Both the position numbers and the translations under genes were made by a program. A DNA stretch of 64,000 nucleotides from Salpingoeca rosetta (Eukaryota; Protista; Choanoflagellata). The DNA is taken from positions 684,122 to 748,121 of the forward strand of contig JAWQFM010000012.1 in NCBI GenBank assembly GCA_033442325.1. Direction: 5' to 3'. The notes under the pieces are model-generated. The model was not told where the DNA came from, did no database searches, and saw nothing but the letters and a program-made list of their open reading frames with translations. This document shows, one piece after another, positions 40,507 to 63,287 of the stretch; within the stretch, counting starts at the first letter, position 1; every line of letters starts with the position of its first letter.

Positions 40507-41647
40507 GTTACGTGTGCGAAGAAAAGGAGGGGCTGGGGTTGCGGTGGCAGACTGGCGGGTGTTTTTGAGCTGCGTGGACCCGCTTCGGGCCCGCTTGTGA
40601 ACACAAGCTGCCCAGCTGCTTTCCAGCCACCTTCCTTCCTTCCTTTTTTCTTTCCTCTCTGCCGTTGCTTCTCCCTGTTCTGCTCGCGCCCACCACGATG
40701 TGAAGTCTGTGACTTTCGCTTCACCGCAGTTTGCAGCTGACGGTGTCGTCGTCTCCATCTGGGTAGCATCTACGCTCTTTTCGTTGTTTTCATGACTTGC
40801 TTGTGGTTGACCACAGCAGTGGCATGTAGCCAGTGCTTCTGTATTAATGTGATCGTGAGCTGGTGTGCGTTTCCCTTGTTCAAGGGGCATTCTCAATAGT
40901 GTATGTGTGTGTGTTTGTTGTGTTTAGCTTGCATTTGTTGTGCACTGCGAGGGGTCATGTGACCCTCTCTGGCTGCATCTCCTCGGTAAGCGGTAGAGCC
41001 CTGCTTCTGGCTGCACGCTGTGCCCCACTGTAGTGTAGTGTTGCTGTCTTATTCTGTTCAGCGTAGTGTGTCCTAGCCACTCCCTTTTTTTCGTTCTCCT
41101 TCTGTGTTCCTTGGATCCTTTTCTTTCCATTGCCTTCACTGGTAAGTGTGCTGCTGCCGAGGAAGCGGCCTGGTTGCCGACTACCAAGCAGCACACACCC
41201 CGCCCACACACAGTGCTGGACCTGGGTCTTGCCACATTTCCTTGGTTTTTTTTTTTTGTTTGTTTGTTTGTTTTTTTTATCATCCTTGTTATCCCCGCCC
41301 GCTATTATCATACTCTTCTGTTCACATCACATCCTATTCGCCTCTTCTTTGCGCTCACAATCAAACTCGCACCGCGTCCCAGCACCCAGTTTCTTTGACA
41401 TGTTCATCATTGCTATTCATTCTTCTCTCGTTGTGTTCTTTGTCTTGTGATAGCACGCATATCAGATCCAAATGAAACGACCCATAATCATTGCCTTGGA
41501 GTGAGAGGTGGGGGGAGGGAAGGATGATGGAGGAGTGGGGGAGAGGGACGAAGGAACGACGAGAGGACGAGGAACGCGGGCTGGCGACTGAGACATCAAA
41601 GCAAGGCAGAAAGGAAGGACTCAAAAAAGTTGCGCCACACAAAACAG

Positions 41648-41661
41648 TTTTGGCGGGAAAA
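41648..41661 (+). promoter_or_regulatory. E2F/DP-type site TTTTGGCGGGAAAA upstream of HELLS
   Basis: Contains the GGCGGGAAA E2F consensus about 110 bp upstream of the likely ATG. HELLS is an E2F-regulated gene in animals. Confidence 0.6.
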
Positions 41662-41769
41662 CAAAGCAAAACAGGTTTGTTGCAGCACACACGCAGGGAC
41701 ACGCAGGTACATGAGTCAAGCAACACACCACACACACACACCAAGCACTGGAGCGGAACAAGAGGCAAT

Positions 41770-48160
<6,391 letters not shown>

Positions 48161-48833
48161 CAACGCCATGACATGATGTGACGACAGCCCGTAGTTGCAG
48201 TTGCGTTGCACCACATCATCACGGCATCGGCAGCAGCAACACGATGGCATGTGCACTGTTTTGCCTTTCACCCTTGCTGCAATTGCCAAGAATCCGCTCA
48301 GTTGGTGTCAGATAGTCCCCCCCCCCCAACACATGTTCGTTCCTGCTCCTGTGTTGCTTGGTCCACTATTTTGAGACCCCTTGCTTGCGTGTACGCTCTT
48401 GATTTGCACCTTTTTGCTGTAGTTTTGTACAACAAGGATAGCACGTTGTGCACCCACACACGCACACGCACACACACACACACACGCACACACACACACG
48501 CACACACACACACACCGTCGCACGTGCACACAACACCATAACAACGTCACCACAAGTGTAAAGAATGTAAAAGCGTCTGCAAACTAGAGCGCGTCCATAT
48601 GCACAACAATGAAGCGAGGGGGGGGGGAAGTTGAGAAGAGGAAATGGGTGTTGTTTGCGTGTGCGGTAACAAACGAGAAGGGAAAAGGGGTGGCATGCTT
48701 GCAGCTGGAGCATGCCCCGCACGTGGCTGATGTGCGTGAGAGTGAGAGTGTGTGCGGGAGCGCGCGCGTGTGCAAGGTTGCAGCACTGCAACAAAGCAGC
48801 AGCCAACAGCACATTACGGTCATGCAACCGCCT

Positions 48834-51800
48834 TTACATTTTGCCCTGAGCAGGACGCATGCCAACAATCCCTCGCGCGAGCTCGGACAACTTGAGCCCG
48901 ATGCGGTCAAACTCTGTCACGCGCACCCACACCATCGTGTGGTTGATGGCAAAGATGATGCCCCTGTAATGGCGTGGTGATCGAAGGGGTAGGGAAGGAA
49001 AGGTGTGAACATGTGCGTGTGTGAACATGTGCGTGTGAGCCAGGCGGCTGTGCATCATGAAGACAAGCTTCAGCTGCACAGACATAACGCACCAGGAAGC
49101 AAAGACGAACAAAGTGTTCGCACACACACATGCACATACACACACAGGGCGGGTGAACGTACGTGACCCTGCGATTTGTGGTTGTTCCTGTTGGCACATC
49201 GATGGTGACGCGGGCACCGCGACTGTACCAGCGGTCGTTGAAGAACACTTGGTCACGCCGGTTGTCAAACACCGTCTGCAGAATCGTAGTGGTGTAGTGG
49301 TATGCGATGGTGTGCAGTGGTGAGTGCACGAATATTGATGAAAGAGTCAGGGTTTGTGAGCCAATGGACGTCAGCGCGATGCGCAGAATAATCAGCCAAA
49401 CAGAAAGATTGGTAGAGACATGGATGCAGAGTGATTTATGCATGGGGAGGCAGCCGTATGATGTACACACCTTAATGGACAGGGGCTTGTCTCTGAGTTT
49501 CGCCATTTCGTTTTGAGCTTTGGAAATGGTGCAGCCCATGGTCCCTGAACAAGACAAGGACGAAGCAAGGGCGACACCAGCACAAAGACAATGCAAAGAC
49601 AATACAAACTAAATGTGAGGACAGACAGGTCGCACAGAACGAACACACGAACACAAACATGCAGACGACAGATGGGGAAGAACAAAGCCAACGACAAAGC
49701 ACCCAGCAACAACTGTAATGCAGCAACAACACAGCATGCACACAATCACACAATTACACAATAAAGCAACCACACACCCACACAATAAAGCAACCACACA
49801 ACCACACAATAAAGCAACCACACAATCACACAATTACACAATAAACAACCACACAACCACACAATCAAACGACCACAATCGCGACCACGTGCACGTACGC
49901 AAATCCTTGAGAACGTCCTTGGCTTCGAGCTCCATGACGACAATGGGCGCTTTGGCCTCGACAGTCTTCGTCTCCGCCGCCCCGGCTGTGATCGGTTGCT
50001 GCAGTGGCGTCACACGAGGCGTGAGAAAAAGTGGTGTGGCACGAGGGAATACATCACCACCCTGGCACCACAGCAACACTCACAAGGCACGTCTACACAG
50101 TTCCACGCATTCACAAAGTCACACAAACACGCACAAACACACGCACATACACGCCAAACACGCAGAAACACGCAGCAACACACACGCACACACGCACAAA
50201 ACAAAACACGCGCGAACACACGTTATCTTGTCCCCTCCGCCGCAGCCGCCGCGTGGCCATGCGATTTGGCGCCGGACGTGAGTCGTCCTCCCCATCAATG
50301 GCGCTCGCCTCGTACCGTTGCTGAAATACACGCACACACACACACGCACACACGCACACACGCACACACGCACGCACGCACACACGCACGCACGCACACA
50401 TACACACGTATGCAGAGCGGCAGAGACGAATGCATACATGCACGCACACACAAACACAATAAAACAGGCGTGAGGAATGTGCATACTGTGTAAAGAGTGT
50501 GTGCGTTTGTAGTGTGTGTGTGTGTGCATATGTGTGCGCGCGCGCGTATGGATACATAACCATGTCTACAAGTGCATATGAGTGCGCACACCTTAGCGTC
50601 GTCCAATCGTTCGACGACGGATTGCATCAGGGCCTGCTTTGTTTCCTCCCGCCGTGCCTGACATACATGCATCACATTGTGTGACTGCATATCCAGCGTA
50701 TCCGCAGCAATGCCACACTCGCAACACCGTCCGCAACCATACACACACAAGCTGAGCACGATTGTGCATGCACATGTATACATGCAACGACAAGACACAG
50801 GACACAAACACGAGACACAACACAAGCACGAGACACAACACAAACACGTGAAACAACACAAACACGTGAAACAACACAAACACGTGACACAACACAAACA
50901 ATCAAACGCCCACCTCACCACCACTTCACCACGCGCACAGGCCGCACCTTGAACCTGGCCACAATCTGTGCGCGCTGTGCATCGTAGTCGTGTGCAATCT
51001 CGTCCTTGCGGCGGTCGTATTCGACCTCGGCAGATATGCGGCGGCGGCGAAGGACGTGCTCCAGCACAGCGCGCCGGCGCCGGAACACGCTGTCATCGCC
51101 TGAGTGATGGGATGGTGATGATGATGGTAATCGTGGTGGTGGAGTGAGAGCGCGGGAGGGAGTGCTGCGGACAGCAGTGGCCGTGGCACAATCGCATAAT
51201 ATTTGTCGAGCAGTACACAACAACAGGCCTATTCACACCTTTCTTGACTTGCACCATCTTGTCCTCAATCTTCGCAAGCGGCTCTGCCAAATCCCTGAGA
51301 ATCAAGCAAAACAGAGCATGCAAGCAGTGACACGGGAGCGTCAAATGACGTACACACGCACAGCCATCAAACACACACACACACACACACCTCGAACTTA
51401 AAGCACAGACGCGCACACCATACAGCCATTTACACACACACACACACAAGCACACACACACACATCATACAACACAAACATACGAACACACACAAGCACA
51501 GGCGCAAGACATGGCAACTGACTTGAAGATGGACTGTGTCAGGTGTCCTTCGAATTCCGAGATGGAAATGTCGGGACGGAAGCGAAGCAACGCCTTGTCG
51601 CTGTCAACATGCTCATCCTCATCAGAATCCACCTCATCGCCGTCGCTGTTGCCACCTTCGACATCGTCGACATCGTCATCGTCGTCGTCATTATCATCAG
51701 TGTCACGGACCATGTGCTCTTCCCCATCAAACTTACCTCGTTTCCTGCGCTGCCCGCCATTGCCTCCATCACCATTGGTGACATCGTCTGCTGCTGCCTT

Positions 51801-52793
51801 CCTTGTCGGCCGGTGCGCTGTTGGCCGCGGGAGTGCTGCCAGCCCTTCTACGCATCCATGCTGTGCCGCTTGCTCCCTCTGCCTCGCTGACGCCCTTGAG
51901 CGCCGCCCGCGGCTCAATCGATGCTGCTGCTGCTGCTGCTGCTGTTGCTGCTGTTGCTGCTGTTGCGATGGATCGTGTTCACCGCTGGCAAGGACGCTTG
52001 CGCGACCACTCTGCCGTGCGCTGTCGTTGCCGCTGCTGTTGGTGCTCTCTGCTGTTGACTCTGATGCCGCCCTCTTGGCCACCGCTGTTGCTACCTGAAA
52101 CAGGCGCCCGCTGCGCCTTCTCGTCAACCCACGACCGCCACCAGCAGTCGCAGCAGCAGCAGCGCGGTGCTCGACAGTGCCTCCACTTGCACCGTGGCCG
52201 CCTTTGGCGCCGCTGTCGCTGCCAGAGGTGTTATCGTTGCTGGCGTCGTTGTACCGCCCGTTGCCGCGCTTGTGCAGATCATCCATATTCGTGGGTGTTT
52301 GCCCGCGCCAGCTTCGAGACATGACGCTCTCTTCCCGCCCTTGCTCCTCATCGACACTGCCAGTATCGCCTTTCTCATCGTCACCACTTGTGCCTTCCTG
52401 CTGTTGTTGCTGTTGTTGCTGCCACTGCTGCTGTTGTTGTGTTCCTGCATCACCTTCAGTTGTGGTAGCTCGCCGTCCGCGGGTCAACTTTAGCGGCGCA
52501 TCCCCTTGTGGCAGGCTACTACTTGTTGATGTCGAGGGCGCTGCAGAGGGCGCTACTCTCTGCTGTTGCTGCTGCTGTTCTTGTTCTTCTTCTTGTGCTT
52601 CGCTATGGTGTTGAGGCGCGGCTGCCTCTCCTGCAGCTCCCTGCTTGTGATTCGACGTGGTGCTGGTGTTGTTGTTGTTGGTGTCGTTGTTGTTGGTGCC
52701 GTTGTTGTTCTTGCCGCTCAACTCTGTTTCGCTTCCCTTGCTGCTGCCACCTTCTCGTGCCTCAACCTCTGCTCGCCCTTTCTCGTCTGTCAT
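48834..52793 (-). CDS. Sds3/BRMS1-family Sin3-HDAC complex subunit with a long low-complexity N-terminus
   Basis: Coiled-coil exons (IEDKMVQVKKG; AEVEYDRRKDEI), TRRLRRR, APIVVMELEAKDVLKDL, and a C-terminal VFFNDRWYSRG...YRGIIFAINHTMVWVR...LSELARG resembling the SUDS3/BRMS1 C-terminal domain. Confidence 0.72.
49756..49866. repeat. Degenerate ~24-bp tandem repeat (CACAATAAAGCAACCACACAACCA-like) in an Sds3-family intron
   Basis: CACAATAAAGCAACCACAC recurs three times at 24-bp spacing, followed by degenerate copies. Confidence 0.8.
50801..50900. repeat. 18-bp tandem repeat (ACACAAACACGTGAAACA-like, about 5 copies) in an Sds3-family intron
   Basis: Read directly. Confidence 0.8.
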
Positions 52794-52837
52794 GATGATG
52801 ATGTGTGTCGTATGTGTGTGTGTGTCGTATGTGTGTG

Positions 52838-52879
<42 letters not shown>

Positions 52880-53179
52880 TAGTTTGCCGCGCACTTGCTC
52901 CTCCCTCCCTGCCTGCCTCTGCCTGCCTGCGTGCCTGCCTGCCTATTGCTGATGACGGTGGTTGTGTGGGTTGTGTGGGCTGTGTCGCACACCAAAAAAA
53001 CGGAACGTTTGGTAGTGGCTGCTGCAGCGCTGCGGCGAAAAATAAAATTGTTGCCTTGGTAGAATACACTTTGTGATGTTGTTCATCTTTTTTCCTGCCA
53101 CCCACGAGTTTGCTGTTGCTGCTCCCTTCTTCTTCTTCTTCTTCCTCTTCCTCTGCGCTCTGCCTCAACAACGACGACG

Positions 53180-53274
53180 ATGATGATGAACAGTGGTCGT
53201 GCTGTGATGCTGCTGCGCCGCTTTGCTGGCGTCGCCACCCCCCGCCTCGTCACATCCCCCGCCGCCCTCAGGTC

Positions 53275-53320
<46 letters not shown>

Positions 53321-54937
53321 GGTTATATCAACGGGTTGGTTGTTTTTTTTTGTCACGTGGAAGGTCTTTGAGGTTTGCCTTGGTCTTTGCTGCTCCTGTT
53401 CCTTCCCTTCGCACACATCCTCACACACATACAATCACGCTAACATACTCACCCACTCACATACAATCACACTCACATGCGCTCCCACTTGCACATGCTC
53501 ACACACATACAATCACGCTAACACACTCAATCTCCGCTCTCTTCCCTCTTGTGTTGTCGATGTTGTTCAGGCCACAAATGCTTGCTCGCGCAAGCCTGAG
53601 CATGAGCCGCATGCACGCTTCTGCAGACGCTGCCACCGAGGAGCAATGTGCGCATAGTTCACCCCCATCTTTATGACATGCGTGTGTGTGTGTGTGTGTG
53701 TGATGGGCATGGTACCTTGCAGCAAGTGAAAGATGCAGGTTTCGTTTCACTGCGGCTGTGTGTCAGTGTGTGTCCATGTATCACTCATACCCACTCACAT
53801 GTGCGCCTACGCGTGCGTGCGCTCGTTTATGCGCTCTTGTGTTTGTGCGAAGCAGCCAAGGAGTACAGCCCAAAGATTGAGAACCTTGTGTCTGAGATTT
53901 CCTCCATGACACTGCTTGAGGTTGCTGATCTCGTCGACGCCCTCAAGGTTGTGTGCCATGGCTGTACACGTACAGAGAGGCGGCTTGGTTGGCGGTTGTA
54001 TGCTGTGTATGACTTGCCTCGTCCATGTGTTCCTGTCATGCTTCTCTCTCATCCTCGCTTTTTTTTTTTTTCATATGTGTCCGTCGTGCCTTGGCGTTGC
54101 GGCGTTATGTTTTTTGCAGACACGTCTCAACATTTCCGATATGCCCGTTGCCGCCGTCGGTGTTGCTGCTGCGCCTGCAGCTGAGGCAGCCGTAAGAGCT
54201 TGTGTGTGTGTGTGTGTGTGTGTGTGTTCGTGTGTTCGTGTGTGTGTTCGTGTGTGTGTTCGTGTGTGTGTGTGTGTTAGGTTGTAGCGAACAGTCTGTT
54301 CTTCAGGCCTAATCTGCTGCGCATATCACTTGCATCCTCACCACATTTCTGACTCCCTCTTTCCTTTCTCCGCCCCCCCCCCGCCTTTGCTTCCCTTGTC
54401 TGCTTGTGCAGGCCGAGCCTGTTGAGGAGAAGACGGAGTTTGAGGTGAAGCTCGTCAAGTTTGAGGACAAGGCCAAGATCAAGGTCATCAAGGAGGTCCG
54501 CAACATCCTCCCAGACCTCAAGCTCGCAGAGGTGCGTCCCTCTCCACTCGCTACCATGCTTGGCGCGCGCTCGCGTGTTTGTGTGTGTGTGTGTGTGTCT
54601 GTGTGTCTGTGTCTGTGCATGTGTGTCTGTGTCTGTGTCTGTGCATGTGTATCTGTGTCTGTCTGTGCATGTGTGTCTGCCTGCCTGTCTATCTACTGTC
54701 TCTGTGTGTGTCTTCCTTCAAAGGGGCGAATGCCTCCTTGTTTCATTCAAACTCGCGCACCATCTCAATCACCGCCACCACCACCTAAATCACCCCACCG
54801 CCATCACAATCGCGCGGCAGGCGAAGAAGCTTGTTGAGGATCTGCCGCAGACGCTGAAGCAGGATGTGAGCAAGGAGGATGCAGAGGCAATCAAGAAGGC
54901 CCTGGAGGAGATTGGCGCCAGCGTCGAGATTGCATAA
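53180..54937 (+). CDS. MRPL12: Mitochondrial ribosomal protein L7/L12 (bL12m)
   Basis: Arg-rich presequence-like N-terminus; [84 protein letters not shown]. Confidence 0.93.
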
Positions 54938-55480
54938 GGCTAAGGCCGCACATGGCACATGCACATATGCACGTGGTTTGGTTTTGGCAGCGTGGTGGTG
55001 TTTTGTGCTCTTTGTGTCTGTGAGAGTGTGTTGTTGTGAGGGTGTGTACGCTCGTGTGTCGGCAATGCCCGCCAATGTGACCACGTGCGTGACATCAGGT
55101 CAGCCAACACACAGCGACACCTGTATCCTCTCTCTCTCTCTCTCTCTCTCTCTGTGTCCTCTTCCTTCGTCAGTCGCAGTCACTATTGCCGCCCCCTCGC
55201 TGTTCCTGTGCTTTTGTTCCTCCTGCCTCTTCACCATCTTTGCTTAAGCATCGTCGTCTGTACAGTGTGCGTGTGTGTGTGCATGTGTGCATCATGCGTG
55301 TGCATGCGTGTGCATGCATGTGTGTGTGTCAGTCACATCAAAGGAGAACACGAAAGAACGAAAGCAAAACAAGAAACAAGCAAGAAGGAAGAACAACACA
55401 GGTGTGCCGTGTGTCAGCCCCAGACAGACAGAAAAAAAAACCGCACACACTTTGCACGACACAACACAGCAACACACGCC

Positions 55481-55599
55481 ATGTCGTCTACCACTCCACC
55501 ACCACCAATATCGTCCTCCTCGTCGGTGGGCCCTACACCAGCGATGCCTACAACAACAAGCAGCGCGCCACCTCCATCATCCACTACCATGCCCAACCC

Positions 55600-55630
<31 letters not shown>

Positions 55631-57011
55631 GCAACAGCCCCTCCAACCACCACCACCACCGCAGCAACAGCAGCACTCCCAACGACAACTACAGCACCCG
55701 CCACCAGCACGGCTCCGAGCACATCCTCGACGCTTGACAGCCAGGCGATGGCGCGTATGGTGGGACTGGCCCAGACCGTGCGTGACATGGACACAGACTC
55801 GTCGTCCGTTCGCATGCCACCAACGGAGGTGCAGAAGATTCAGTTCCCACCAAAGCCGACAGACCCGCCCGCCACGTCCTCATCAGCGACAGCGACAGCG
55901 GCAGCACCAACCACGACCACCAGTACAGGAGCAACGGCAAGAACAACCACGGCAAACAGCAAAGCAACCGGCAGCGCCTCTTCCAGCTCAGCGACACCTA
56001 CAACGTCCGCTAGCAAGCAACCATCCACCTCCACCCTCTCCTCCTTTCAGATCATGGTGTGTGCAAATGTGTGTGTCTGCAAGTGTGTGTGCCTGTGTGT
56101 GTGTGTCTGTGTCTGTGTCTGTGTGTCTGTGTGTCTGTGTGTGTGCAGGAGTGTGTGTGTCTGTCTCTCTGTCTGTATCACACCTTTGCCAATGTGTTGC
56201 ATCGCGCTCGCCTTCCTCACCACACACACACACACACGCACACACACACACGCACGCACACACACACACACGCACGCACGCACGCACGCACGCACGCACA
56301 ATCAACAGCAACAGATGGAGCAGCAACGCCGCGCACAACAAGAGGCAATGCAGGAAGGCGGGCAGGTTAGGGGGTGCTGCAAAAGAGACCTTGTGTGCGT
56401 GAATGTGTGCATGAATGTGTGCATGCTCGTGAACAACATTGGTTGTCCGCAGCACGTGCACGCGCTCACGCTGTGATGGCGTTGCTGCCCTGGTTGGTTG
56501 TGCAGGTGCTGCCGCAGCGAAAGGTGCGTGAACTCCTCCGCCAAATCGACGCCACGCAGGAGATTGACAACGACGCGCTCGAACTCGGTGCGGACGCTTG
56601 TGTTTGTTTGTATGTATGCGCGTGCATGCATGCGTCTGTCTGTCTGTCTGTCTGCCTGTCTGTCTGTGCCTGTCTGTGTTGACTCGAAAACAGTCCCTAT
56701 GTCTCAATCGAGCACCGCCTACCACGAATGCTCGTCCGTATCTTCCTCCTCCTCTTCACTACCGTCCTCCTAACCCGTGTCCCTCCTCCATGCCATCTGT
56801 CATGCTGCGTGCTGCTCGTGCCAGTGATGGACGTTGCCAATGAGTTTATTGAGCAGGTTGTGTCGTTCAGCTGCAACTTGCAAAGCAACGCAACTCCACG
56901 ACACTCGAGGCNNNNNNNNNNNNNNNNNNNNNNNNNNNNNNNNNNNNNNNNNNNNNNNNNNNNNNNNNNNNNNNNNNNNNNNNNNNNNNNNNNNNNNNNN
57001 NNNNNNNNNNN

Positions 57012-57047
<36 letters not shown>

Positions 57048-57303
57048 TGTGTGTGTCTGTGTGTGTGTGTGTGTGTCGCCTCGCTCTCCACCGGCATTGA
57101 AACGCAGAATGATTCACCCTCCTCTTTCCTCACCCAACACACTCACTCACTCACTCACACACACACACACACTCACTCACTCACTCACTCACTCACTCAC
57201 TCACACTGTAGAGCGCAACTGGGATATCCGCCTGCCTGGGTTAAGTGTTGAGGATTCGCACATGAGACGACAAGCCGCCGTCACAAGCAGCAAACACAAG
57301 GAG

Positions 57304-57344
<41 letters not shown>

Positions 57345-57641
57345 CACTCACTCACTCACTCACACGCACACGCACGCACACGCACACGCACGCACACACA
57401 CACACACGCACACACACACACACCGTTCTGTCTCTGCGTGAGCACTGCACTGCACGCGTCCCTTGCTTGCCCTCCGTCACCCAACAACACATCCCTCACA
57501 TACTCACACGCACAACATGGTGGTCATCTCGCATCACATTACAACGCGCACACACACACACAGCGCGTGAAAGCCGTGTTGTCAGACATGAAGGAAGCAA
57601 GCGGACCGGCCAAGAAACGAAGCAAGAAAGGCACAAAGTGA
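55481..57641 (+). CDS. TAF12: TFIID subunit TAF12 (histone fold) with Thr/Ser/Pro-rich N-terminus; apparent 1-nt frameshift and N gap within the fold
   Basis: VLPQRKVRELLRQID...DNDALE, MDVANEFIEQVVSFSC, (L)AKQRNSTTLE, ERNWDIRLPG, and HKERVKAV near the C-terminus, matching the TAF12 pattern. Confidence 0.85.
56912..57011. other. Assembly gap (100 N) in TAF12
   Basis: N run. Confidence 0.99.
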
Positions 57642-57888
57642 TGCTTTTGTGTTGTGTAGTAGCTCTGTGTGTGTGTGTGTGAGGTGTGTCTGTGTCTGTA
57701 TGTGTCTGTGTGTGTGTGCATGTATGTGTGTGTGTGCGTGTGTGGGTGTGGGTGGGCGGGTGTGTCAACCTGTCTGACTGTGTGTCTGTGCTTCAGCGCT
57801 CGATAAGAGGCCGAGCGATAAGTGTCGTCCATTCGACAGCATAAAAATATCAGTGTCCATATCCACTGTCCCCCAATCCACAACAGCC

Positions 57889-58596
57889 ATGCACAGTGCG
57901 TTGACGCGAGGGAATGCCATCTTCTCGCTCGGCTTCACATGCGTGGCGCTGGCCACGTTCCTGTGTGCCGTGACCACGGTGTTTGAGAACCCTTCGCCTG
58001 TCGTTTCGGTCAACATTCACAACCCGTTTGTGTGAGTGCAATGACTTGCAACCCCTGTCTTGTGCTGCGTGTGGATACGCATGTGTCGGCAGGTTTGCCG
58101 CAACAGAGTGTTGTTGGTGGCGGATGCGTGATCCGGCTGCCACGCTGCCACGCTGCCACGCTGCCATGTTGCATTGGTATCTGCTTTCTTGTCGACGTGT
58201 ACACTAGGTACCCGGCTCACGGTGTGTTTCTTTTCGCAGCCGGAACCAGCAGCAGTACCACCGCTGGAGCCAGCGCTTCGATCGCGCATACTTTACATTC
58301 GACCTCAACGCTGGTACGTGCATGCCTGTCACAGCAAACGTTGTCGCATCGTGTACGACTGTGCGCCTACGCTTCACTGGTTCTGTGTATCTGTCTGTGC
58401 GTTTCTCTGTCTGTGTATCTGCTGGGCTGGCTGTCGGGCTGCTCCTTCCCCTATGTGCCCTCATGTCAACCACGNNNNNNNNNNNNNNNNNNNNNNNNNN
58501 NNNNNNNNNNNNNNNNNNNNNNNNNNNNNNNNNNNNNNNNNNNNNNNNNNNNNNNNNNNNNNNNNNNNNNNNNNTGTGTGTGTGTGTGTGTGTGTG

Positions 58597-58642
<46 letters not shown>

Positions 58643-59149
58643 ATGTGTGTCTGATGCTGCGGCGCATGCTGTTGCGGTGTGGCTTTGTATGTTCCAGCTG
58701 TTCGCGCGAACCTCTGCGTGTATGCCCGCATGTCAAGAGACGCTGACGACTGCATCACGCCTCGTGTTTTGTTGCTCGAGCAGGCCGTGAACCAGATTAT
58801 CGTGTGGGATAAGATCATGCGCCGGGACATTGACGATCCAAGGATCTCGTTGCGCGACATGAAGCTCAAGTACCCTTTCTACGATGACGCACACGGCCTC
58901 AGGTTCGAGCACTGCTCGGCAGTTGTTGTGGTTTGCATGAGAAGCGTTGTCGCTTGTGCAGAGTAGTGGCGGTGCACGCGCGCATTTCGCGTTGTCTCTG
59001 CAGCCTCACTGTGCTCCCGCTTGCTGTCACTTCTCAGGGGAAACAACATCACGCTCTCCTTGCACTGGAACGTGGTCCCTGTTGCGGGCCTGCTTCCTCG
59101 CAACTCAGAGGGCCATGTGACCATCAAGCTGGATGATCAGTACGCGTGA
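57889..59149 (+). CDS. SPCS3: Signal peptidase complex subunit 3 (SPC22/23); one exon hidden in the N gap
   Basis: MHSALTRGNAIF plus transmembrane helix, FTFDLNA, NQIIVWDKI, MKLKYPFYDD, NITLSLHWNVVPVAGLLP. Confidence 0.92.
58475..58574. other. Assembly gap (100 N) in SPCS3
   Basis: N run. Confidence 0.99.
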
Positions 59150-59469
59150 TGATGTCGCGTGTATGTGTTGGCGTGTCTGTATCTGTCTGTCTGTGTGTGT
59201 GTGTGTGTGTGTGTGTGCGTGGTGTGTGTGCCTGTGTGTGTCTGTCTATCTCTGTGTGTATCTGTGTGTGTGTGTGTGTGTGTGCTGTTGGTCCTCCCTC
59301 CACTTAGGGCAACCTCCTTTTGCCATTCCCATCCTTGATTTTACTGCAGTTGTCCTGGTGGTGTTGTAAACGCATTGTCATGTTCACCTCTTTCATGAGC
59401 AAGTGCATGTATGTGTCGTGTCGTGTCATGTGGCTGTTGCTGTGTGCATGAGTGCGAGCATGGTTGCAG

Positions 59470-62276
<2,807 letters not shown>

Positions 62277-62570
62277 ATCTCTGTTCAGCGATCAAATAAC
62301 AACGTTGAGCTATCTGTTGGCTGGGAGGGAGGGAGACAACAGAGCAAGGGTGGAGACAAGGCTTAATGATCGCACACCGCTTCGCGTGGTGAGTGCGTTA
62401 ATGGATGCTGTCAAGCTGAAGCAGCTATGCGTGCGCGCGTGTGAGAGTGTGTGTGTTCACATCTTGCCGCTCTTACTTTCTTGCTTCTGTTTCACAGCGG
62501 CGCACAAACGATTGTTGTTTCTTTCGTACATCGGCTTCTCTTTGCTGCTGCTTTGGAGTGCAAGAGCGAA

Positions 62571-62584
62571 TTTTCCCGCCAAAA
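62571..62584 (-). promoter_or_regulatory. E2F/DP-type site TTTTGGCGGGAAAA upstream of the hypothetical gene
   Basis: The + strand reads TTTTCCCGCCAAAA, the exact reverse complement of the HELLS upstream element. Confidence 0.55.
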
Positions 62585-62985
62585 TCTCGTTCAAAACACC
62601 AAAGAACGTACACGTGGGCAATTGGCTGTAGAGTCATCACATCACCATACCAGCCAGCGTGTACAGCGACGGAATGGAACACGAGCCTTTCGTAACACCT
62701 TGTGATCCACTGGTCTCACTCACACCCCCACATGCACCGACCACGCTCAAGGCCACCAAACGAGAAGACGAGAAGTTCATCTCAGACCACACACGCGTAT
62801 CTTGTATTCTCATCAAATTTGTGTTCACAACTCCAAACCAACCACACACACACACACACACACACAGAGACACACACACCCACACACCCACACACACAGA
62901 GACACACACACACAGACACACAGACACACAGACAACAGAGCCGTCGAACAAAGTGAAAGGAAAGAAAGAGCCACAACACGCACGC

Positions 62986-63195
62986 CTACAGCTCGCCACA
63001 CGCCACAATCTTGACCTTCTTCGTGGGCTTCCCACTCTCTGTCCCAACATCCTGCAATAGCAAAGGGAGGAAATGGCCCACGCGCGAAGCGAAGCGCAGA
63101 GGGTGCAGACGTGAGCATGCCAGCGAGCCACCAACAAGTGCAGGATGTAAAATCCACGCGTGCGCAGGCGAAGGGGCATTGGGAAGCAAAGAGCT

Positions 63196-63287
<92 letters not shown>

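Noticed and set aside
57801-57824. Two GATAAG motifs upstream of SPCS3
   Set aside because: Short motifs with no independent support.
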